Assembly: GCA_023213395.1 (NCBI GenBank) | Contig: CM041465.1 | Coordinates: forward strand, 196,919,741-196,983,740 | Direction of reading: 5' to 3' | Length of the DNA: 64,000 nucleotides | DNA from: Cycas panzhihuaensis | Lineage: Eukaryota; Plantae; Cycadophyta | Part shown: positions 27,611 through 40,333 of the stretch, piece after piece | How the letters are laid out: the number at the start of each line of letters is the position of its first letter | Numbering within the stretch: the first letter of the stretch is position 1 | Position numbers and translations under genes: made by a program | Notes under the pieces: generated by a model | Told to the model about the DNA's origin: nothing | Databases searched by the model: none | The model's input: only the letters and a program-made list of their open reading frames with translations

Positions 27611-27618
27611 TAGGGTTT
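27611..27618 (-). promoter_or_regulatory. Telo-box (AAACCCTA) in the presumed 5' leader of DSK2
   Basis: TAGGGTTT lies 29-36 nt before the ATG, at the end of a GC-rich leader (~27380-27646). Confidence 0.4.
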
Positions 27619-27646
27619 TGATTTTAGTTACAGGGTTTGAGCAGGA

Positions 27647-27860
27647 ATGGGAGGAGAAAGTGACATGAGTGCCGCTGAAAAGGCCACTATTAACATACGT
27701 TGCACGAATGGTACCAGGTTTTCCGTGGATGCGGTTTTAACTTCGTCTGTGGGGGCCTTCAAGGCGATTGTGGCTCAGAGCTGCGATATTCCTGCGGACC
27801 AACAGAAACTGATTTATAAAGGGCGGATATTGAAAGACAGCGATTCGCTGGAAAGTTATG
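27647..27860 (+). CDS. DSK2: Ubiquilin/DSK2 exon 1 (ubiquitin-like domain)
   Basis: MGGESD...INIRCTNGTRFSV...QQKLIYKGRILKD...LESYG with donor G|GTAAGT (phase 1). It joins exon 2 to complete [14 protein letters not shown]. Confidence 0.95.
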
Positions 27861-28634
27861 GTAAGTCGCTTCAACATCATCCTATCAGTTTTGTGATGAG
27901 TACTGTGCTGGGAATTATGTCGGATAAATTATATCTGCATTGGTTGGAGAAAATATTTATTTTTTCAAATTGTGAATAAAAGGGCCTGGTTTCCGAAATC
28001 GGTGTATTTTCCAGTGGAGTGGGGTCTATTGTGACTGTTGAAATGGATCTAGGGTCCTCATGGATGTAGCAGACGGTGCTGGTGGCTCCTGAACAGCATC
28101 TTAGCAGTTACACTTTGACATTAAACCAAGCTCACTTTGGTACAGCTGATTGAGTTTTATTTATTTTTCAAGTGAAAATGATGATTCTATTTGTTGGGAA
28201 TTTTACATACAACTACAACAAAGAGGGGGCCATTGGCCTTTCCTGCTAGCCCTAAGGGGTCACAGTTGTTTAAGTAGCTCTTTGTAATGGTGCGATGAGT
28301 AATTTATCTGGCGCACTATTAAGGTAGCTATCCGTGTTTGTCTGGGTTGTGGTTTAATGGTGCATTATTTAATTTATTTATTTCTTTTTGGAATACTTGT
28401 TGAAGCTTTAGCCCTCTTATATTCTATCATGGCACCTCTCCTTACGTAAGTTGCTTTTTAGGCCTTTTTGTTCATGCAAGTGGCTTGATGGGTGAGCATG
28501 CCCCCAATTTGAAATCTGGCCAACTGAGATGAAAGACGACATACTCCTTAGTGATCCAGAATGCACATAGGCAAATGACAAGGATTTGAGGATGGCAAAA
28601 AGGATTTGGACTAGAAATTGACTTGTCTGGTGGT

Positions 28635-31600
28635 TGTAACCGTTGTGATTGGACATACAATAGACTCAAACAAGTGATAGAAGTTAGACCTACGGGGAGC
28701 AACGACAACTAAACATGTGATCGATATTGTGACTGGTGACCAAGCAGCCGATGACTGGTGACAAGGAGCAAGTGGCCATCGATTGGATAGTTGGTGATGG
28801 TAGGCAATAATTGCTAACCTTTGAGTTTTTATATATGATATGTGGCTTTAAGATTATATTCATAGGTGTTGACATGGAAAGATTCTAAGTGTAGCAATTA
28901 AGGTAACAAGAATAAGTTGCAAGAGCCGTTGAAGATGCAGATGCCAATGATTAGTTGATGAAGCGGCATAGAGCAATTATAACCATTAGGCTTTTCCAAT
29001 GTTGAGTACTCTTCCAATGTTGAGCACTTGTCCTATGAAGATTACAAAAGATGTGAGGAGACAAAAGATGTATATATGCATGTTTGATAAGCTTCCTCTT
29101 TATGTTATGTTTACTTGTTTACCCTCTTAGTTTTATCATCTTTGTTATGTAAGCATCGCTCATTTGCATTCTTTTTGGCATTGGTAGGGTATGTTTTGTG
29201 GCTCAACATATTCCTCAAACATATAGTTGAACAACCAACCTCTTTTATTGAACTAACTGCTCCTTGTCAACCCACATATTATTCTTTGGTTGGAAGTTGG
29301 AGATTGTTGAAGGACTTGAGAATTGCTTAGGCAACAAGGCTGAGTTCTGCCACCTTTTATGTGCATAAATTTTAGTGTTAGAGCTAACTTTATGATCTGG
29401 GCTTCAACTACCCAAATGGTTCCAAATCATAAGTTTTGGTATTAGAGTTGGTTTGAACCTTGAAAGAGGAAGGTTTCTGCTTTCATTGTTAGTTCTGTTT
29501 GGTTCCCTAACATGGGATATTGCAATGCATTTCCATTAATTAGAGTTAACTTTGTTGAAGATGTGACTTTGAAAATTTGTGTGAAGGAGAATGGAGTGTA
29601 CTAGATCTTGAAGAAAGCAAGGTGTTGATTGATAGAAGGAATGGGAAATTTAGGTGGAAGTTGCTTGGTTGTGCCTTAATCATAGTAAGGTGATAGTAAA
29701 GGGGAATGTATTAGTGTTTCAAATGCATGTAAAACTTGTAAGTTCATTGACCTATACTAGTCTTGTAGAAGGTAGGATTCTTCACTTTGCTAGGCCCTTT
29801 TGACATATAAGGTTTGTTGGGCCTAATGACATGTAAGGCTTGTCAAGGCATTGCTAACAATGTGGGATAGATCTAGCATAACTCAACGGCGATTGTGGAG
29901 GAGAAGATTCAGGGTATTTGAGATAAATCACCAATCAGGGAATGGGGATAGTTTTGTATAGTTGAAGAAGTGCACAACTATACGATTCCTTAGAGAAAAG
30001 ATTTGCTCGAATTTAGCAATTGAAGGTTGTTGTGACAAACGTGATTGAACCCCCTTTTACATGAAGAAGGGTGTGTGTTAGTCAAATTGTCCATCGAAGT
30101 TGTCATAAGAGGGAATGTGTACAGAGGAGTGGCTGATGGATGGTCCTCTGATGAAGATTTAATTGTTGATGATGCATTATGTATACAAAGGACCTCTTAG
30201 TGAATTGGCAGTTATAGTGGTTGGTTACTAGTGTACAATGGTAGATGGTCTCTCTTTTATATAGACATCATTAGATTTATTGAAGAACTCTAGGAGGCAT
30301 GGGTAACTGGGAATATGAAGGCAGTGGATGACAAGTGTCAACGCATGTATAGATGGTTCTAGTGTTGTTTAAATTTTATACGTATTTTGTAAAATTCTCT
30401 AGATGTTTGCATTCTCATGTATTTGTTTGGAAAGTTCATATATTTCAGTAAAGGAATCAATGTAAGGTTAAAGTTATGCTAGAAACCTTTGAGTTGTGGG
30501 TGATCTAGAAACCTTTAGTTTTAGGGAAGCAAGAACCTTCAATTGCAGGTAAAACTAAAACCTACAGGTTGTTGGTCAACTTGAATTCTTTGATAGAGCC
30601 ACCACGAATTGGGCTTGACATGTGGCTGTACATTATCCCTTAAAACTTTAGGATTAGATGTCAAACCTTAAAAATAACTTTTTAGTTCCTTGTGTGATTC
30701 TTGAACCTAAACTATGTATTTGAGGCAGTATCCTAATAAAGGATGGACATAGCAACTAGGTACCTATGTGATTTGGTGAAGGACATCCTATCATATGCAC
30801 TTTAGCTTGGCAATTTGAAGGCATCGGTTGGAGGACATGGCTTGTTGTAATGAGTTCATTTTGAAGTGTTTACTCGAATTGATCAAAATTGTGAAATGTG
30901 TTGTTAAGAAAGAGGGAGAAATTTTCCCAATATTGACGATTGAATCATGGAGACCATCATGTTTGTAGAAGGAAGGCTTGATCCATAATGAAAATAGAGA
31001 AGCAAGAAGGATTTAAGGATGACAAGTAGGCCTGTAACTGTAAATTGAATTGTTTAGCGATAGTATGTGTTGTAATTGGACAATAGAGTGGGCTCAAGCT
31101 ACCAACATAAATTAGACTTGCAAGTGGCAATGACAACTAAACTTGCAATAAAGATTGCGATTGGTGACCAAACGATCAACGATTGGCGATGAGGAGCAAG
31201 CAATTAGCGACTTGATAGTTGATGACTAGTGAGAGGAATTGGTAGTTCTTGAGTTGTAATGTATGATATGTTGTTGTAGGATTATACCCACCAGTGCTAA
31301 CATGGGAAAGATGTTAACTATGGAAATTCAGATAACAAAGATTGTTGGAAGAACCGTCGAGGAAGCAAATGCCACCTAGTAGGGTATGAAGTAACTAGAA
31401 GCGTTTAGGTTTCTCTATGAAGATTATAAAGATGGGAGGAGACACATAAAGGGGAATTAGATAGTGTTAATATAGAGATATTGAATAACAAGAATCTTGT
31501 ACAAGCCATCTTGATACTTCGTAATGAATAACATCTCTTCGTGGACTCTTTTGGTAGTATGCTTAGATGAGGTCTTTTTAATTCTTTTTTTTTCTTTTGA

Positions 31601-33668
31601 TTGGTAAAAAGGAATCTTAATTATGATGCACAAAACATTACAAACATGAACAAGAGCAATCTGATCCACAACCGGGGAAGGTTTAGCAAAAACAAGCTAA
31701 ACAGATGGTAATAAGCTAGTAAAGAGAGGCCATCTAAGCAATGGTACAAAAGTAAAGAGATCAAGGATCATATAGATCATCATGTGTCAAGACAACATCT
31801 CCCCCACAACACGTGGATATAAACATGGAAGGCGCTCATCCCCAAGAGGATCTGACAACAGAGCATAGAAAACATAGGATCAATAGAAGAAATAGGGTTA
31901 GCTAAACCTAAATTTGACTGTAACAGACAAAAATAATAAAGTGGATTAGGCACTCAAGGCATTGTCTTCAATCAAAATTTGGCCAATTTTCTCCTTAAAT
32001 CTCTGGGGAGATAGACCTATCCAAGGAAGTTAGCCACTTTATGGGCACCTCTCCTAATATGTTTGAAGGAAACTTCCTCAAACTACCAGTCAACATCCAA
32101 ACTTCCCTCAGAGTGAGTGTAATCTTCCAATTGTTGGTCTCAGCCTTATCGTCGAAATCCTGAAGAATGTTGATGATGAGTTTTGAATCACCTTCTACAC
32201 ATATACGACCCAAACCTAACTTCTAAGCAATTTTAAGAATAGATAGAGCTGTCATTCCCTCAAACACATTATCTGTAGCCTCCCCAATGTCCTGTGCAAA
32301 TAGATGAACCACTTGTCCTGTGGTCTTTAATAATACTCCCAATACCTACTCTACTTGGATTTTCCTTGGAGGCCTTGTCAAAATTTGCTTTAAATATGTC
32401 ATCCAAAGGGGGCTTGCAAGGACAAACGTTCAGTCCATAACACTTTTCTTGACCAATTTTGGATTATAGATTCTCACTGAAAATTCCAAGACAGATAAGC
32501 TTGTGAGAATCCTGTCTAGACCATGAGAGGGTCCTCTTCTCTCCAAATCAAGAAGGCCAATGTTTCCAAAATGTTGCTTAGTATTGTCTGAATAACTTGG
32601 GAGATCATTCCAGCCTTATCCCTAAATATTCTTTCATTTCTTTCCTTCCATATATTCCATAAGACAAAAGCAGGCACAAGATCCCATGCTTTCTGCAATA
32701 TCCTAGAGTCAACTTTGATATTATGCCATCTCCCAAGGGGATCTTGGACTCTAGATCTCCTCTGTATAATCATTCTGAAAACCCTCTCAAAGAAATTCCA
32801 ACATTTAGAAATTCTTTGACAACTAAAAAAAAGATGGGTGATGTCTTCCTGAACTCTACACATCACACATCTAGAGGGGCCGATGAAACCTCTTCTCCTA
32901 AGATTATCCCAAGTAAGGATGCAGTTATGAGTTAATCCATATAAGAAGGTAAAGATTTTAGGCCAGATCTCAGGATCCCAGATTTTCTGCCAAAGCTACC
33001 CATGGTCAACCATCACTACCTCTTCCAAAGCAAGCTCGAAATCCAGCTTCACCAAGAAAGAGCCATGCTCTTTGGCCCCCCACCTAAGAACATCTGCCCT
33101 AGCCCTGTACGGAATGATCTTTCTATTCAAAATCGTCCACAATCTATCTCTATCTTTGGCAGCCAAAAACCCCGGTTAGGAATGCAAAGATTTTCAATTT
33201 CTTAAAACTGGGGAGCCCCTGCCATCTCATATAGAGGAGCTAACCGGATAATCTGAGATCCTTGACCAACCAGCCCATAAGAGAGCTTCCCTTATCCAAT
33301 TCAGCTCGTTGTTTTTTTTTCTAATATTAATAAAAGATGCATGTTTGATAATTCATCTCTCCATGTCGTGTTAGTTGATCTGACTTCTTCGTTTTATTGG
33401 TTCTGTTGTGTCAGCATTGCTCTTTTGCATTCTTCCTGGGATTAACAGGTTGTGTTTCAAGTTTCAGCATATTTCTTGGACAAAAAGTTTAGTCGGCAAT
33501 CTCTGTTATTAAACCGGCTGCTCCCTGTCAACATGCATATCATTTTCAAGCTGGAAGCTGGAGATTATAGAAGGAGCTGAGAACTGCTTAGACTGCTATA
33601 TGCATAAATTTTGGTATCAGAGTTGACTTAGCGATCCAGGATTTGGTTAGCCAGATGGTTCTGGATCA
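28635..33668 (+). mobile_element. Ancient, internally deleted LTR element (probably Gypsy) in DSK2 intron 1
   Basis: Diverged direct repeats ~28635-29429 and ~31033-33668 (the second split by an L1). Both start TGTAAC and end ATCA. A PBS-like TGGTATTAGAG is at 29437 and a purine-rich tract precedes 31033. The internal region is only ~1.6 kb and no TSD is recognisable. Confidence 0.65.
31596..33311 (-). mobile_element. 5'-truncated L1 fragment (zf-RVT and RNase H end), a different subfamily from copies A/B
   Basis: CRVQEDITHLFFSC...WNIWKERNERIF (32516-32866) and ICVEGDSKLII (31995-32213). A candidate low-complexity TSD tttttttttct lies at 31585-31595 and 33312-33322. Confidence 0.85.
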
Positions 33669-34305
33669 CTTTGTCTATTCATTGGGCATTTATTTTCAAA
33701 ACTTTAAGAGTAACAGCCTTGACTTTACACAGTTAGGATGTTGCTTTATATGATTTTACCTCAGTTTCAGGGTTCAATATCACAGTCTGGTATGGTAAAG
33801 TGAAACTATTGTGCTAAGGCACAGATGGATAACAATGAACCTGCTTTAAAGGGATGACATTTTTCAGTGGTAGACTTGTGCTTTTGTTGCATTGATCCTT
33901 GTAATTAACTTTGGTTCTATGTACCTTTTTTAGAGGTTTCCATGATTGCATTAATCAGTGTTTCAGTTTCAGTGTTCTGTGGTGCTGAAATTCTTTATGT
34001 TAACATTTTCTTTGAGACTGAATGCAATTATATTCCTCTTTCATGTTTTGGAATCTTTTAACTAGCTATGGAAGAGCCTCATGTCAAGAATGTTGTGTTT
34101 AAAGTCTAAGCTTCTTTTCAGATTTAGAGTCTCTGTGTTAGCTATGGAAGTTATAGGGGCATTAAAGGCTTGTCTGAAGATTAATGTACTGAGTTTCACC
34201 AGTTTTTATGGAAATCATTTGATATTTCTGCTTGCTATTGCTTTTGTTTTGTTGCATTCATGCTGCAATGAATTTCCCTTTAATTTTGCTACAATTGGTG
34301 TGCAG

Positions 34306-35073
34306 GTGTACAAAATGACCATACAGTCCACTTAGTTCGCGGGGCATCATCCTCTGCAACTGCCAATCTGCCAGCTCCTGGGAATCCTGTGGCTTCAAAT
34401 AATGCTCCACAACCTGTTGGTGGAGTTTCCACAAATTACAATGGAGGCTTTGGTGTGGGGTCTCATATAGGAAGCACAACCTTTCCTGCATCGGGTGGAA
34501 ATGCGCCAGGTCAGAATGGTTTGGCAGGCATGTTTGGTTTGGGGTCTCCTGAATTGCAACCTGATCAAGAGCAATTGACACAGAACCGTGGTACAACACG
34601 GGACATGATGAGCAACATCCCTGCTATTCAGAGTCTGATGAACAACCCTGATTTGATGCGCAATTTGATAATGAGCAATCCGCAGATGCGTGAAATAATT
34701 GACAGAAACCCTGATTTGGCCCACATACTGAATGATCCTGGCACCCTTAGACAGACATTGGATGCAGCAAGGAACCCTGAACTAATGCGGGAGATGATGA
34801 GAAACACTGACCGAGCCATGAGCAATATTGAATCATCGCCAGAAGGTTTTAACATGCTGAGGCGCATGTATGAAACAGTTCAAGAGCCATTCTTGAATGC
34901 AACTACAATGGGAGGGCCTGGTGTGAATGAATTGGGCCCAAATCCGTTTGCTGCTCTGGGGTTGGGCCAGAATAGGGGTCAAGCACAAAATCCTTCATCA
35001 AATAATTCTGATACCACTACTGATTCAGCTGCTCCAAATACAAATCCTCTACCCAATCCTTGGAATCTCTCTT
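34306..35073 (+). CDS. DSK2: Ubiquilin/DSK2 exon 2 (end of UBL, STI1 repeats)
   Basis: Acceptor tgcag|; [77 protein letters not shown]; donor |gtatga (phase 1). Confidence 0.93.
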
Positions 35074-35226
35074 GTATGATGCTGTATTTACCCCTATAGT
35101 AATTTTTAACTGTGTTTAAATTGATAGTGCACCTATGATTTTTTTTTTTTTTTTTTTTTCGTTTTTTCCCTATCCTTTTTTCTTTTTGGTAGATTTCAAT
35201 TGATTTTCTGTTTTCATTTCTGTCAG

Positions 35227-35450
35227 CAAATACAGCAGGTGCAGGAGCTGCGGGTGGCCAGAGAACACCGGGCATTAGGGCAGCTTCTGGGATAGGTGCA
35301 CAACTGCCTGGGTTTGGTTTGCTGGACATTGGAGGTCCCGGTGGTGGTAGTGGTCTTTCGGATCCTGCCATGTTGCAACAAATGTTGCAAAATCCAGCTA
35401 TTATGCAAATGATGCAAGGACTTCTTTCTAATCCTCAATATATGAATCAG
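35227..35450 (+). CDS. DSK2: Ubiquilin/DSK2 exon 3
   Basis: Acceptor tgtcag| after a T-rich tract; in frame ...[30 protein letters not shown]; donor |gtggct (phase 0). Nearby alternative AGs exist. Confidence 0.88.
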
Positions 35451-35594
35451 GTGGCTGATCTATTCTCCATGTTCTAGTGATATATTTCCTAAACAATATA
35501 TGTAATTAAGTTGGCCAATTGAGGCCAATTAGTTTTATATTTTATTTCAACTTGTATGAGAAACTGATACTACAGATTTTGTGTTTCCTGGCAG

Positions 35595-35708
35595 ATTTTT
35601 AGCTCCTACCCACAATTCCGATCATTGTTAAATTCCAATTCGCAATTGAGAGAGATTATGCAAAATCCCGAATTTCTTCAGCAATTGACTAGTCCAGAGA
35701 GCATGCAG
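35595..35708 (+). CDS. DSK2: Ubiquilin/DSK2 exon 4
   Basis: ggcag|[38 protein letters not shown]|gttgct; 114 nt, phase 0 to 0. Confidence 0.9.
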
Positions 35709-35793
35709 GTTGCTTCAATGAAGGTCTTGATATTGTATATTATAATGGCATCTCATTTTTAATTACTGATTTGGCAAATTGTTTTGTTTGCAG

Positions 35794-35852
35794 CAAATGC
35801 TTTCATTGCATCAGTCTCTGTTGTCACAGATCAATAGAACGCAATCAGGACA
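35794..35852 (+). CDS. DSK2: Ubiquilin/DSK2 exon 5 (downstream UBA exons not found in the window)
   Basis: tttgcag|QMLSLHQSLLSQINRTQSG+CA|gtaagt; 59 nt, ends in phase 2. Confidence 0.88.
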
Positions 35853-36269
35853 GTAAGTGCTAGTTTACAGACTGATCCTCGAAGGTCTTACACTATAATA
35901 ACTTTATCAGAACCCTTATTATTCGTTATTTTTCTTGTGCAGGCTTGGTATTTTATTATATCATTTGAAAGTTGCTCAAAAATAAAATTACAGATAAGCT
36001 CAGTAAAAAATTTGAGTTTTTTTCGTTGTGAGAGATGATTCTATTGATGGGAATATTTACACAATGATACAGTGAAAAAGCTGGCCTCTAGGACATATGA
36101 GCATCTTGAGGGTAACATACCTCTGCAGACAGATCAGAATTAGTGTAAATAAATGCAAAGCAAACATATATTGTCCAATAGAACATCTCATCAGTACAAC
36201 TACTCATATTATAGTACCAATGAAAAAACCAAAGTAGAACTTGTTCTAGTTAGCTGGGATGGGGGGGTG

Positions 36270-36354
36270 GATCAGGTTTGGCTGGTTGAATCCTTTCTAA
36301 AAAGCATTTAAAAAACAAGTGCATGCATATCATAATGTGATAATCTCACAAACA

Positions 36355-36385
<31 letters not shown>

Positions 36386-36685
36386 GTAGTAATTTAATGC
36401 AAAAAGAAAAAATAAAACACAAGATCGGGTTTGGCCAATTGAATCCTAACTAAAAAGCATTTAAAAAAATGTGCTTGCATATCATAATGTGGTAATTGCA
36501 TATATGTAGATATATAGTAATGTATTCCAAAAAGAAAAAATAAAACACAAGGTTGGGTTTGGCCAATTGAATCCTACCTAGAAAGCATTTAAGAAAATGT
36601 CCATGCATATCATAATGTGGTAATTGCATATATATATATATATATAGATATATAATTTAATGCAAAAAGAAAAAAATTAAAACAC
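36270..36685 (+). repeat. Three-copy tandem repeat (~128-153 bp units) with an embedded variable (TA)n
   Basis: Units start near 36270, 36423 and 36551 (g..gg(g)tttggc...gaatcct...aaagcatttaa...catatcataatgtg...aaaaagaaaaaa...aaaacac). Confidence 0.9.
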
Positions 36686-37959
36686 TGATTACTTCTTCCT
36701 AATCAAGGTCCTTTTTTTTCTCTTGATATTTTTTTAATAATATCATAAAGACAATAAACAAGGACTTGTTATTTGCTTGAATGGTTTACCACATTACATT
36801 CTTTTGATGCTCTATAGTTATTTTTCTTGTATGTCTTGTGATATGGTTGAGGGTGGTTGTTTTCTAGGAGTTCCTATATTCGTTTTCATAATGGGAAGAG
36901 AATTGTTACGAACCAATAATTACAACCCTTTGTAATGAACTAACACATCCTTTGGGTTATGATATTGTTTGCGAGTATTTAAAGCTTGGAAGAGTGATGG
37001 ATGGATATCGTTGAATTATTATCTGAAGCTTCAACTATTTGGAGGCATCCGCAAGTAGTGATGTTTTTTAGAGGGAGCCCTTGCCTCGAAGAGGGCCAAC
37101 TTTCATATATTTGACTATTACTTGTATTATTTTTTGTCATTATTCAATATTCTTTTCTTATTTGTATTAATCTCCTCTTGTGGCTACGTTATTGAACTCG
37201 TTGGATTTTTTACAAGTCTTTAGGAGTCCCTATATCCCTTTTCACACTAGGAAGAGAACTATAGAATACTAGAAGAATGCCATGCAATCAATCATCCAAG
37301 TAAATAACTTGACCTATATTCTATTGAATTATTCACCATGGTTGCCACCTTCTCTAGCTATAGCTCTTAAAAAAAAAAAAAGAGAAATGAAAAAAAAATC
37401 TTATGAATTTTTGCACATGAGCATCATAATGTAATAATGATAATTCAATTGATTTTCATCATAATTATTTAATGTGTCATTTTGTACGTGTTTATTATTG
37501 AATGATTATTGATCAATTTTAATGTTTATTATTTTATTATGATTACTATTATTATTTTATTTATCGAATTGTTCAATGTTTCATTGTGTATGTGTTTAAT
37601 GATTGTTCTTAGTGTTTATGATTTATTCTTTCTTTCTTTCTTTATTTTTAATTTTTAATTTAAAAATTATTGAATTCAAACTTTCAAACCTTATTTTTGG
37701 CGGAAAGAATTGGGTTCTTTGAGTTCTTAAATCCATGAACCCTTGAACTAGTGAACCCAACAACCTTGGTTTGCATCGTATTTCTTTGAGTCACATTCAT
37801 TTGGATGTAGTCAAATGTTTGATGTTGTGGTTGTATGAGACTTGCATGATTGTAACGAGGAGATGCATTATGATTTTATTTTATAGTTAAAGATGTGAGA
37901 CCAAATAAATGAATACAGGGGAGATGAAAACATGGGACATGTCACATCATTGTCTTTGT

Positions 37960-38260
37960 GGAAGCTTATGGATACTCCATGCTAGAGTGGTAAAGTATGG
38001 CACTTCGTATTTTGGATCAATCTGGTAGTGCTTCTAGTTGCAAGAATGATCATAGTACTTTTGAGTTTATTTGCTCTAGCAAGAGGAGCAAATTGAAAGC
38101 AACACATAGTCTATTGTTTTTGTAAATAAGGACTTATGTTTGCTTAATTTGCAATTTATTGAAAGATAGATCTAAATTGCGTGTTGACAATTCTTGTCTT
38201 GTTATCATGCTAATGTTGATGATGGTGAGAGATGAAGATATGGATGATAATGGGGATGTT
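37960..38260 (+). mobile_element. hAT transposase C-terminal dimerisation-domain relic
   Basis: GSASSCKNDHSTFEFICSSKRSKLK (~38024-38100) resembles the hAT motif SASSCERNWSTFEFIHSKKRNRL and is followed by an acidic tail. Confidence 0.55.
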
Positions 38261-40333
38261 TTGGTATAGCTTAATGTTTGATTTCATCATTTGAAATGTT
38301 GAATATCATAGTCACCCTTGAGATTTGAGTTTGTGATTTCTATTTGATGAGTTTGTGAATATAGAGTATCTAGTACTCATTCGGAATAATTATTATAGAA
38401 GTTTGACCTTTGATTAGAAAAATATTTGTTTTTTTTTGAACAATCATAAAAATGCACATTGAAAAAAATCCATGTCATTTTTAAATCTTTTTTTAAAATA
38501 TTTTTTTGAATAATTTTATTTTTTTGGAAATTTTTTGCCCTATTGTATTTCATTTTTTTTAAGCATGGTTACTTTGGCATTCACCTAAATAATTGAACAC
38601 TCCATATTTAACCCCCATACTTGCATTTGATACATATATGATACTTGGGATAATTGCATGTCTTGCATATGTATCCTAATCATATCTCATATTGGGTTGG
38701 ATTCAATGCTATATTGAACAATGTATTCTAGCTTGATGGGCCCCATACAACAATATACAAGAATAGTTTGGGTAGACTTGCAAATGTTTTGGCCATATAT
38801 GGTACCCATCTCCATTATTAAAAAAAGGATATTAAAGAGAAGAAAATTAAAAGTCACTTAGAAATTGTAAAGTTTCTCTAATATTTATCTTCATTTGTAG
38901 CAATTGATTTTTAATTTAAGGAGTTACTCCCTTGAAAACCTAGAATTTACTATATTTTTATATTCATAAATTTTAAATGTATTGTATTCACTCTTTGCTC
39001 CTTTTTGTACAGTTCTAGTTCCTGAGGTTCATGCCCTTTCAAAAAAGGAGGCATGTTAGCTTTAAGATCTATGCAATTTTTTTTTTGCCCTTTTCAAGTG
39101 GAGGTCTTCTAGTCTAGTCTAATTTAATGGTATACCCTTCTTAGTCCTTTGCCTATAACTATGATGTTGCAAGGGGCTTCTTGCTTTATGAGACACTCCA
39201 GTCTTTGTGAATAGAATTGAGCCCCAATTGTCAATGAGATGTTTTAAGCATAGTTGTATTATTACCTTGTCTGTGTATACATTTATCCACAAGGCACAAC
39301 TTGTCAACATGACAAACCTTAACTTGGTAATCAAACAAACAAATGGGGGTTTGTTAAGAACCTCAACATTGATTTTATGCTTCCAAATAGAGTGGTAAAT
39401 TTTCGCTTGGAGTAATGATGAAAGTAGTAGACCAATGCTTAATATCTCTAAGCAGTTAAGTGTTTTTTTGCCCCCCATAAAAGTTGTATGCAAGCCTTCT
39501 AAAGATGTTCAAACCTTTTGTTTTAAACAAACTTAAGAGTTATTAAAACTCCTAACATTTGTGAAGTCTATGCACAATTGGGAATTTGGCTCAATAAGCT
39601 TATGTATATGGAAGTGGAGAATTGGTGAAAGCTTGGAGTGACATTCTAGGCCTAGTCCTTCGATCATACGTATGCATGCCATACTTTTAGTTTGGGAGGG
39701 AGATAGTTGGGGGATTGTAGCAAACCCATTGCAAGTCAGTTTTATTGTTTATTTAAACCAAGTCAGTTTTATAATTTGTCTTTATTTAAATCAAGTTGGT
39801 ATTTATAAAATAGCATATAAAAATATGTGAGTGTGATGTGAACATTCTCATGGCTTTCTATTTTTCTTATAATGGATTAATTTGCACTTTTGTGGCTGTT
39901 TGGTGCTATATGCTATCATTTTGCTCTCTATTATTAAGATTTATTATCATCATTACATTGCTATTGCTATTTATACATCTGTTCTTATTTTTGGCTATTA
40001 TCTACCATTACACTTCTATTTGTTGTGTTATGCTCTGTTGTGGACTATTCTAATTGGTATTTGAGTTCTAATCTTGATTCTCTTTATAGTTCGAGTTCAA
40101 TGTGTTTTATCTTTGTTATAATCGATTGCATGACAAATAAAGGTTGCCCTTCGCTATGTGGTGAAGATGAAAGATGTTTTTTTTTTGATAGGGTAAAAAT
40201 GAATTATAAGTGGGTTTGAAACAGGATCCCACAACCTAGTACATCAAGAAACTTTAGGCAACCGAGTCATAGATGACCGTGATATCCCCACGATTTAGGC
40301 ATAGAAACTGCAACGCCAGGACAAGCCCCATGG

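Noticed and set aside
27647-27979. 110-aa stand-alone ubiquitin-like protein
   Set aside because: The ORF reads through a consensus GTAAGT donor at 27861; the UBL is completed by exon 2.
34389-35099. 236-aa single-exon gene
   Set aside because: It is the internal part of DSK2 exon 2, with a GTG pseudo-start and read-through into the intron.
36866-37265. ~43-bp imperfect direct repeats (taggagt.cctatat...ggaagagaa) ~355 bp apart as a TRIM
   Set aside because: No TG...CA ends, PBS, PPT or TSD were found.
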